From: a virus
Taxonomy: Duplodnaviria; Caudoviricetes
Reading direction: 5' to 3' (one strand)
Length of the DNA: 61,010 nucleotides
IMG/VR virus record: IMGVR_UViG_3300042465_004246
Coordinates: 1-61,010 of that record
Part shown: positions 16,002 through 25,700 of the stretch, in pieces
Layout of the letters: each line of letters starts with the position of its first letter
Numbering within the stretch: position 1 is the stretch's first letter
Position numbers and translations under genes: made by a program
Notes under the pieces: model-generated
The model's input: the letters and a program-made list of their open reading frames with translations, nothing else
What the model was told of the DNA's origin: nothing
Database searches by the model: none

Positions 16002-17220
16002 ATATCAAATAGACATAGCGAATAGGGCGGTAGAGATACTAAGACTAAAGAAAATAGTCTACCTAAGCATGGAGGTTAGAACTGGAAAGACTCTGACCTC
16101 ATTTGAAACAGCAAAATTATATGGTGCGTTGAGGGTTCTCTTTATGACAAAGAAAAAAGCTATAAAGAGCATCCAAGACGACTACGATAACTTTGGATAC
16201 TCTAAGTACTTTGAGCTAGTAGTAGCAAACAACGAGTCAATACATAAGATTGACGGTAGCTTTGACTTAGTGGTGCACGATGAGTCACATAGGTTTGGAT
16301 CTTTTCCTAAGCCATCACTTGGTGCCAAACAATTTAAGTATAGGTACTCAAGCATACCACTTATTTTATTGTCAGGTACACCAACACCAGAGAGCTTCTC
16401 TCAGATGTACCATCAGTTTTGGATAAGCATATACTCACCATTTAGGGGATATGCAAACTTTTATAGGTGGGCAGACGACTACGTGATGAAGTATCAAAGA
16501 AAGATAAACAGCATGCTAGTCAATGACTATTCAAAGGGAATAGAGTCAAAGATTATGTCTGTTGTTTCTCAGTACATGATAACATTCACTCAGAGTGATG
16601 CTGGATTTTCTTCAGAGATAGAGGAGGAGGTCATACACCTAAAGATGAAGCCCGTTACCTACAGCATATGTAAAAAGCTGAAGTCAGACTTAGTTGTCGA
16701 GGGTAACAACGAGGTCATACTGGGAGACACCCCTGCAAAGTTAATGCAGAAGCTACATCAACTATACAGTGGAACCTGTAAGTTTGAGACTGGCAACTCT
16801 ATGGTACTTGATCTGACTAAGGCTGAGTTTATCAAGTCGCAATTTGCGACCGCAAAGATTGGTATATTCTACAAGTTTAAAGAAGAACTGAATGCACTAA
16901 TTCAAGTTTATGGTGCAGAAAACTTGACATCAGACATCGAGGAGTTCAACTCTAGCAACAAGTCTATAGCCCTACAGATCGTTAGTGGCAGGGAGGGTAT
17001 ATCTTTAAAGAACGCAGAGTACTTGGTTTTTTACAACATCGACTTTTCTGCTACATCATTCTGGCAGGCGAGAGACCGTATGACCACCATGGATCGTTTA
17101 TTCAATAAGATATACTGGATATTTGCTGAGGGTGGAATTGAAGATAAGATATATAAGGCCGTGAAGGCAAAGAAAAAATACACCGTAAACATTTTTAAAA
17201 AGGACTATGAAAGAGAATAA
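15988..17220 (+). CDS. SF2 (SNF2-like) helicase
   Basis: LREYQ, RTGKT, DESH, LSGTPTPE, GREGISL, QARDR. Confidence 0.9.
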   Translation: MMLREYQIDIANRAVEILRLKKIVYLSMEVRTGKTLTSFETAKLYGALRVLFMTKKKAIKSIQDDYDNFGYSKYFELVVANNESIHKIDGSFDLVVHDESHRFGSFPKPSLGAKQFKYRYSSIPLILLSGTPTPESFSQMYHQFWISIYSPFRGYANFYRWADDYVMKYQRKINSMLVNDYSKGIESKIMSVVSQYMITFTQSDAGFSSEIEEEVIHLKMKPVTYSICKKLKSDLVVEGNNEVILGDTPAKLMQKLHQLYSGTCKFETGNSMVLDLTKAEFIKSQFATAKIGIFYKFKEELNALIQVYGAENLTSDIEEFNSSNKSIALQIVSGREGISLKNAEYLVFYNIDFSATSFWQARDRMTTMDRLFNKIYWIFAEGGIEDKIYKAVKAKKKYTVNIFKKDYERE

Positions 17221-17404
17221 ACTAAAAGGACCACCTAATCCATCGGAGAGGGCAAATCGATTATTGTTTTATATTGGCATAGACGCTGGTATAAAAGACG
17301 TAGTGCAAAACATAAGCGAGGCGTTGAAAGAAGGAAATAAAGAAAGAACGCTTTATTGCTATGAAGTCTTGTATCATTTAACAGTATTTAAAGTAGGACT
17401 ATGA
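17207..17404 (+). CDS. Hypothetical protein (65 aa)
   Basis: ORF track; overlaps both neighbours. Confidence 0.6.
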   Translation: MKENKLKGPPNPSERANRLLFYIGIDAGIKDVVQNISEALKEGNKERTLYCYEVLYHLTVFKVGL

Positions 17405-17661
17405 AATTACTTAACGACCCAATGGTCAAGCTTTTAATAGATAAGTTTGACCTAGAAACTCCTCCAATAAATGTATTGGAGATATCAAAGTATGAACTTG
17501 ATGGAGACTGTATAAAAATAAAAGAGATAAAAGTTTTGGATATTGACATGAACTTTGTTAGATTTGCAAACATTAATAAAGTTCTACCATATTTAAGTAG
17601 CTATTATACAGTATTTAATGACCGAGCAACAGATCCAGTCGAAACTAATAAAGAAACTTGA
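17401..17661 (+). CDS. Hypothetical protein (86 aa)
   Basis: ORF track. Confidence 0.65.
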   Translation: MKLLNDPMVKLLIDKFDLETPPINVLEISKYELDGDCIKIKEIKVLDIDMNFVRFANINKVLPYLSSYYTVFNDRATDPVETNKET

Positions 17662-17887
17662 GACCGAGGGTTACTATGTCATAAAACTATCTGTAACAAA
17701 TAAGCCAGGGATACCCGATCTACTAGCGATACCTAAAGATTCTAACGTTGAATTCATTGAGGTTAAAAAGAAAGGGCAGAAACCAAGACCACTACAAATA
17801 TATAGGATGAATGAAATTAAAAAACACGGAGCCAAGGCCTGTTGGTATAATGGTGAGGCATACTTTGACGTTAACGAGGGAGAGTGA
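17618..17887 (+). CDS. VRR-NUC nuclease / Holliday junction resolvase
   Basis: TEQQIQ...GIPDLL...FIEVK...LQ. Confidence 0.9.
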   Translation: MTEQQIQSKLIKKLETEGYYVIKLSVTNKPGIPDLLAIPKDSNVEFIEVKKKGQKPRPLQIYRMNEIKKHGAKACWYNGEAYFDVNEGE

Positions 17888-18236
17888 GAACATTAGAAAA
17901 CTTGTAGAGAATGGATGGACCTTAAAACAGATTGGTAAAAAATACAATATCCCCGAGGTCACGGTACACCTAAACCTTTATAATATAATAAAACTAAGTG
18001 TTAGCAGGGGTGAGTTTGGATACAAGAAAGAGGAAGACTTTCAGAGTGAAGAAGAAATGTTAAAACCAATAAAATATACTTTTAATAACTTAAGCGATGA
18101 CGAAAAAAAAATCTATAACGAGCGAAAAAAAACTGGCTGCCTTGGTAGGTATTTTACCAGTGATGATGGACTTCATGGAGGACATCAGGGACACGTACCC
18201 CCAACTATACAGGCAACTTATCAAAAAATCTGGTAA
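17811..18236 (+). CDS. HTH DNA-binding protein (true start probably downstream, at MVRHT)
   Basis: GWTLKQIGKKYNIPEVTVH helix-turn-helix. Confidence 0.65.
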   Translation: MKLKNTEPRPVGIMVRHTLTLTRESENIRKLVENGWTLKQIGKKYNIPEVTVHLNLYNIIKLSVSRGEFGYKKEEDFQSEEEMLKPIKYTFNNLSDDEKKIYNERKKTGCLGRYFTSDDGLHGGHQGHVPPTIQATYQKIW

Positions 18237-18378
18237 TGAATTTATTGCAGAGGTAGAGAAGCTTGGCAACACTATTTACTCAAAAATTGAGCAGGAAAAT
18301 GATAAAGAAGTAGAAGATTTCTATCAGGAGGTTGTCCATATGGGCAACACCTTTAGATCTTGGCTTACAAATTTATAA
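18097..18378 (+). CDS. Hypothetical helical protein (93 aa)
   Basis: ORF track; overlaps the tail of the HTH ORF by 140 nt. Confidence 0.7.
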   Translation: MTKKKSITSEKKLAALVGILPVMMDFMEDIRDTYPQLYRQLIKKSGNEFIAEVEKLGNTIYSKIEQENDKEVEDFYQEVVHMGNTFRSWLTNL

Positions 18379-18408
18379 TTTTTTTGTGTTTTGAATAGAA
18401 AAAATACA

Positions 18409-18416
18409 TAACTTTG
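18409..18416 (+). promoter_or_regulatory. -7 promoter box TAACTTTG
   Basis: Consensus match with TTTG motifs upstream. Confidence 0.7.
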
Positions 18417-18421
18417 TACCT

Positions 18422-18589
18422 ATGAGCAATGTAAATTACGTTAACGGAGTAATGAATGAAATCAACGACCTAAGTTGTTGCATTTACGAAGCGTTAATGG
18501 ACAACGAAAATGAAGAATTGAAATCTAATATTTTAAATTTAATTAAAGTCCTGAAGGACCTCCAAAAAACTCATGAATACATTCCATAA
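18422..18589 (+). CDS. Small hypothetical protein (55 aa)
   Basis: Manual translation MSNVNYVNGVMNEINDLSCCIYEAL... Confidence 0.6.
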   Translation: MSNVNYVNGVMNEINDLSCCIYEALMDNENEELKSNILNLIKVLKDLQKTHEYIP

Positions 18590-19727
18590 CAGAGCACTTG
18601 AGCTGTATGATAATACAACTCAAAACATTACCGAGATATCTCGAATAATAAAAAAAGAATTTCCATCAAACGATCAAGAACCAGAAGCCCTAAGGATGCA
18701 AATCTCTAGGCTTATTAAAAAGAGAGGTCTTCGTGATGCATGTGAATCTTTAAACATTGATCAATCAACCGTACCATACATGTGGTTGAAGTCTAAGGAG
18801 GCATCACTGTTTATTAGAAACCCTAACTTTAATGTTACTGAGATAAACTTTGATAAGATTATATCTGAGTGTATGGCAGATCATGTTCCAGTTAAAAAAA
18901 TTAAGGCTCCTAAGTCTTATGACTTTGATAGGGTAATATGGACCGATGTTCACGTTGGTATGGACGCAAGCCGTAAGGGTCTTGCCTTGTATCCAGCAGA
19001 ATGGAATCCTGTTGTGTTAAACAATAGAATTGACGAGATGATTGACTTCATACTAGAGAATAAAACTAGCGATATACTGATCTTAGATGAGCTCGGTGAC
19101 TATATGGATGGTTGGGATGGAGAAACGACACGTAAGGGTCACAAACTACCCCAGAACATGACCAACGAAGAGTCATTCGAGGCTGGTCTAAAAGCAAAGG
19201 TTAGACTAATAGACGAACTATCTAAACACTACAAGCACATAACGTGTAACAACATCTGTGAGGACAATCACGCTGGAGCATTTGGGTACATAGTTAACTC
19301 AGCATTTAAACAAATTGTTGACTTTAAACATTCAAACGTTGAAGTTATCAACCACCAGAAGTTCATAAATTTTTATATCATAGGAGACCATGGATTTATC
19401 ATAAGTCATGGAAAAGATTCTAGAAATTTAAAGTTTGGATTTAAACCACAGCTGGACCCAAGGTCTGCTGAGAAAATATCTCAGTACATCAGACACAACA
19501 ATGACTTGAGGTCTTGTAAGTACATTGAGTTCAGCAAGGGAGACTCACACCAGTGTCTGTTTGACATGTGTACCTCTGATGAGTTTGACTACTTTAATTA
19601 TCCAGCATTCTCACCTAGCTCAGAGTGGGTACAGACAAACTTCAAGAAGGGTAGGTCTGGCTTTGTTGTTCAAAATATCAGTAAGTTTTCAGATAGAAAA
19701 AATATTAAGCCCTACTTTTTTGAGTAG
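18573..19727 (+). CDS. Calcineurin-like metallophosphoesterase with N-terminal HTH-like region
   Basis: TDVHVG, LGDYMDG, DNH, SHG, GDSH motifs. Confidence 0.85.
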   Translation: MNTFHNRALELYDNTTQNITEISRIIKKEFPSNDQEPEALRMQISRLIKKRGLRDACESLNIDQSTVPYMWLKSKEASLFIRNPNFNVTEINFDKIISECMADHVPVKKIKAPKSYDFDRVIWTDVHVGMDASRKGLALYPAEWNPVVLNNRIDEMIDFILENKTSDILILDELGDYMDGWDGETTRKGHKLPQNMTNEESFEAGLKAKVRLIDELSKHYKHITCNNICEDNHAGAFGYIVNSAFKQIVDFKHSNVEVINHQKFINFYIIGDHGFIISHGKDSRNLKFGFKPQLDPRSAEKISQYIRHNNDLRSCKYIEFSKGDSHQCLFDMCTSDEFDYFNYPAFSPSSEWVQTNFKKGRSGFVVQNISKFSDRKNIKPYFFE

Positions 19728-22700
19728 GAGTTAATTATCTGATCAGCTGTTTTTCCAGATTGAATTTTTTGGAGCTCTCTATATGAAACCTCATCAACTA
19801 CTGATGAAAGTTTTACATATTCTTTGCCTTGCTTTTCAGTTAGGCCTCCATGTTCTTCAATCCATTCAATCTCGGAAACTGTTGTCTCTAATTTTGATTT
19901 TGATTTAGTTAGATCCATCTTCCATCCAGTAACTTTAGTGCCAGTCTCTTTCCCAACAGCCTTATATTTTTCATATTGTTTTTCTGTTAAGGAGTTCTTC
20001 TTTGATAACTTTATTATATTATTTGTTACGGTATTTACGTCACGTGGAACTATTCCTAATGCAAACAAAGCTTCAAATATAACGGCATTCTTAATATTAT
20101 CTTGATCTTTTGGTAGCAAATATCTTTCTGACTTATTTCCCATGTAGTCTTGAGTATATTTTCCTGTATACGCTGTGTTCATGTTATCAATTAGTTCCTT
20201 GTATGTGTCATACCCAATACCAATTGTACCATATGACTTTTTTTCATCATTAAACAATTGATACTCACGATCTTGTTTGTATTTTTCAATAAAACTTTGC
20301 TTTTCTTTATCATTCATTTTTTCTTTACCTGAAACTTCAAGCATTAGATTTTTCTTAGACACAGCTTCATCTATCATATCCTGATCTACTGACAATTGAC
20401 TAAGCAATAAGTTTGCACCTCCGACAACAGTATTATCAGCTATTGGTATTGGAGAAAGAAAATCTGTCACTATAGATCTTAACGGATATTTTGTTGCGTT
20501 CTTCATCTCCTTAGATATCTCCACACCCAATAATTTTTCTTTTTCCTCATCGTCATCATCTGCAACTGCTCCAATTATTCCCTTTGCAATAGCAAGGTAT
20601 CCAATACGAATTGATAGACCTATTGATTGATATAACGCCATTTCAAGTGGAAGAGATAATAATGACCTAGCAGCTATTATTTTGTCCTGTTTTGATGCAC
20701 CACTATTAATTCCTAGAACCTTAATATCTGATACCATTCTCGATTTTTGATTTAATGAGAATGATGCAAAAGGCAAGAATAATTTTCTCATAATCTTAGT
20801 TGTAGAATTTTGAGAGTTGAATACCTTACCAGCCATTTTAGCGTCAGATACATTTTGCTGTCTGTCTACCATAAGCATAGCATAGTCTGCCGCATCTTGG
20901 TTTACATTATGTGTAGCCCAATCAATATCTGTTCTTTGATTATTATCTGACAGGTACTGCTTATAGTAAGAAATAAATGAAGACTTAGCGATGAATACAT
21001 CTGGCTTAGATAGGCACCACTTCAACCATATTTGCTGTGCGTCTACAATAAAATTTGAAACTACCCTCGCACCAGAATTTGCTTTGTCTAATCTTCTATC
21101 AATGGACTCAATTGTTGATTGTGATTCTTGACCACGGTTGGATATTGCCATCCCTAATGAATCGATCCACGCATTTGAAGCTGGTGTCAATATATCTATT
21201 CTACTAGAGTTTGCAAATGTACTTAGTGCAATTGGAAATGTTTGCTTTACAATTTGATCTATTCCACCTAGTGCCTTTCCTACACCAATACCACCAAGAA
21301 AATTGGTTAATTGATCAAGGTAGTGCATTGTGTCAGATGGTCCAACTCTTTTATTTTTAGCGGCCTGTATATATTCAGCTATTCTTTTTCTAAATATATC
21401 TCTGTCCTCTTTTGTTGGTATTAACTTGTTAAAGTTTTTTGAGTTTATAAAACCATCTATCCTTCTTATTGCAGCTGCTGTATTCACATCAATAAGTGCT
21501 GCCTTATATGCAGATGAGTTATTAACATCAAAATCTAGGCTAACATATCTATTTGCCTTTGATACTTTTGATGCAGATGGTCTGTTTGATTCCATTAACA
21601 CCCCTGTCTTATTCTTATCTAGAAATTCTATATCCCTACCAAATGCACCAATATTTTTAGGTTCAATTATTTCTTCTAGATTTGCTTTGTCTAGTAATTT
21701 ATATCTGTCTGTACTGTATGAAGTATCACTACTAAGCATCGTATTATAAACAGAAAGACTTATGTCTGATAGGTCATTATATGTAGTCCCCCATTGATTT
21801 ATCCACCAACCAACAGCAGATCTATTAATTTTATCTACGTTAGCACTTATAACATCAATATCTCCAGAATCTACGTTAAGCTTGTCGTATATCTTTTGGT
21901 ATAGTTCACCCATTTTTTGCTCCTTAGTGGATCCTTCTAATAGACTTTTAACGCTTTCTTTTAGTACCTCTACTCTTCTTTTAAGCTCTTCTGCTTGTTG
22001 CATTGCAGTTCCTGATACATTTCTACTTAAGAATGCAAGCATCCCTCTTTCATAAACATTTTCAGAATCGTTAAAACTTTTACCATTTGGCTTTGTCTTT
22101 GCATATTGCTTAAAGTATACATCAACAGTAGTATTAAACATTTTTTCTGCTTTGTTTACTCCATTTATTAATGCAGTCCAGCCCATTTTTTTAGCTACCA
22201 TAAGTCCTTTCTTTGCACCTACAAATAGTTTTTCAAATAGTATTGGCATTGATGCAATTTGTTCAGACATGTATTGCCCTACCTTAGGACTAAAATATTT
22301 TCTAAGTGGACTAGCGACAACCTTGTCATCTATTAAGTTTTCTAGCTCAGTTTCACCTTCCTGTTTTTCTATTACCGCCTCAACAGAGCTTGTTATGTTA
22401 TTGTTTATAAAGTTATCCATTGCCTCAGCAATAAATATTGCCTCTTTAATAGACACATTATTTATATCAATGTTAAGCATTCTAGATATAATGTCAATAT
22501 TTTTCTCAGTTAGAGCTACATCTTCACCAGTCATTGGATTAATCTTATATGTAAGAATGTCTTTCATTATTGCAGACATTGTATCTATACGTCTTGACAA
22601 AAATGTTAGTATATCTGCCTCATAATCAGCATCATCTGCTTCTTCTTTTAGTGAGTTTATAATTAATTCTATATCGCTTAACGACATTTTATCATCTATT

Positions 22701-25700
22701 ACTCCAGCATCAACTAATTCACTGTGCACAGCAAGTAGTTCTTCTTTTAATATTCTTTCTTGATTTTCTATTGCATCATTTGTAAATTCTGATACTGAAT
22801 CAATATTCATTGACTCTCTCATGTTTACATCAAGATCTTTTCTATTTACTCTAGACGGCTTAATTGCATTCTTAACAATTTCTGCCATCTCTAGGTATTT
22901 ATCAATATCATCTACCATTGATGGGTCTATCTTGCTAAACTTCTTAGCCATACCAACCACCTCAGCCTGTATATCTCCCTTAAGTAATTTTCTAATTCCT
23001 TTTCTAAATGAAAAAGCTCTAGACAATCTTTCTTGATAGTCTGCCTTTTCAAATACTCTAGCAGCATAGTCTGCAAGTCTATTAACCATAACTTGGTTGT
23101 CAAGGTTTACTACACTCACTCTATTTATTATTGTTGCTGCTTGCTTTGCAGTTAATCTTCCAAGTTTTACTAGACCCTTTATTGCAGTTGATAGCAACTT
23201 TCTTTTTTGGTTAAGGTCACCCTTAGCCTCCCTAGCAGCTCTTGCTTCAAGTCTAATCTGATCTTTTAGTGCAGTCTTTTCTGTTACTGTTACTGTGCTT
23301 GGCTTAGGTGTTCCCATTATCTTAGCTACAGATGGAGCCTTCTTTAGTTTCTGTTTTTTAGATTGTCTAAAGTCTCTTATTTTTTGCTCTCTGTCTATGT
23401 CGCTTGCATCTTCATACCACTTTGATATTTGTATGTAGTCTATTACATTCTGAATAGCGGTATTCCAAGCTACTCCACGGTCTAATGATTTTTTAAATAT
23501 AGCATCTGCCTCACTGTCCATCCTTGTTTCTTGTGTAGTCTTCTGGAATTTAATGCTTGGCTGAGTAGCGTCAAACGTAGTGTTGGTACCATCTGCAAGT
23601 TTTACTTGGTTTGATTTTAATGTATAATAAACATTTTGTGGATCACCTTCTTCATCATCAAACCAATTATCGTTTATATTATTAAATACAACTCCATCAT
23701 TATTTTTATCATCTAAATTTGATGCTATTTCTCTTGTAGATGAACCATATTTATTTTTTAAGTTATCCCATTTTCTTCCTTTTGCATCAATTATTAATGG
23801 ATTCTTTATATTTAAAAAAGTTTCTAAAACAATTTCTCCAGATGCGTAACCATCTGCGTTCATATAATCATCAGTAAAATATGAACCACCCATAAAAATT
23901 TCAAAATCTTCAGTTGTCCCATGGTAAACAGGCATAGGTTCTCCGTTAGAATCAACGATTTTACTAGCGTTCTGTGGATCGTTCTCCCAGTCACCAAACC
24001 ATTTCTTAAATGCAGGTGTTCTTACCTGCTCCCATTGTACATCATTGAGATTAGACGGCTTACCGTTTGGAGCGGTCTTCTGGAACTTAATATTACTACC
24101 AGACTTATCTAACAATGGCTCATCAGATTTAACTACTTTATTTGTAGCCTCATCATATTTACCATATACAGTAAATCTATCTGAATTTGGAGATGCTTCT
24201 ATTGCATTTTTTGCGTAAACCAAACCACCAACTTGAATAACTTCATCTGCCGAAATAACTGGTGCACCATTTGCTCTATTCCAAAAGAAGCTATGTCTAA
24301 ATGGATTCATACCTACCTGTACCCAGCTTGGATCGTTCATAATTTCTTCAATCATAGCCTGAGCATTTAATCCCTGCTCTTCAGCTGTCTCTCCTGGTAT
24401 GTCTACCATCTCACCTTCCATTCTAGCAAATGTGCCTTTTGAATTAAATCCAGCTGCAATATTTAATGCTACTTTAGGGTCTGTTGTAAACTCAACATTC
24501 TTTAACCTTGCAGCATTTCTATAAGAAATTACATTTCCATTCTTTACTCTTCCATCATGTACAGTTACAATCCATGCATTATGATGCAAGTAAGATGGTA
24601 TGTCAAGTCTAAGTCCAACTCTTTTTATTTTTTTACCAAGTTCATCTACAACTGGAGCCATTAATTTGCTTGCCTTTTTGCCTAGTGCTGTAATCATGTG
24701 CGATAATGTTGATGGTGCAAATAAGGTACCAATTGATCCAATTGGAGAATATTTTTTTACTGCATCCACATATTCCCCTTGATTAATTTTACCCTTAGCT
24801 AAATCAATTGCAACAGATCTAAGGTTATCGCTATTTTTTGCGATTGGACTGTTCATCATACTTTTAACAGGAGTAGCAACCCAATTTTGTGTTAACTGTT
24901 TTTTAATCTTAGAAGGAGATCCCTCTTCGACTGCAAAGCTAGGCAACAGACCAATCTTTTGATCTGCAAACTTCATCTCATCGTACACCTCTCCAACCAT
25001 CTGATTGGCCTGATCTATCTTGCCTTCTTTACGAAGCTGTCTAGCTTTCTCTCTCTTCTTAAATGCAGCGTCATTAACACCACTAAAATTAACCCAGCTA
25101 TTTTGACCTCTTGTTTCAGATGTCATAGCTTTTTTAGCTTCTGGTGAATACATCTCAGAGTGAACTCTCCATGCATTTTCTTCTCCTATTGGTCCAAAAC
25201 TATTACCTAGTTTAGCGTGACCAAAGAAGTCATGTACAAATCTAAAGACATCATTTACTAGCAATGTCTCTCCATTTGCGTCCTTTCTACCAGAGTCTTT
25301 TAATAATATATTTTCTTCTCTTTGTTTGTCAGTAATTGGCTCTTCACCAAATCCAGACTCTGTTGAGAATATCTTCATTCTATTGTTGTCTCTAAGATCA
25401 TTTATCATGTCCTCAGAAGAAGAGTATGGCTCGTTGTTATTTATCTCTAACTTGTATCCCTTTGCTGTTATAGCGTCATATTGATCTAAGGTCTCCTTTG
25501 CCATTGCCTCATAAGCGGCCTTTACTTCAGGGATATTAGGATCATCTTTCATCTTATCGTAAGCGTCAGATATTCTTTTAGATAGGCCTTCGTCTAGCTT
25601 TGTTATCTTTTCAACAGGTGTGTATTCCATTCCTATTGACTTCATGTACGACTTTGCTATGTCAAGTGCCTGTTTTAATGGCTCGTTAAATAGCTTGTTA

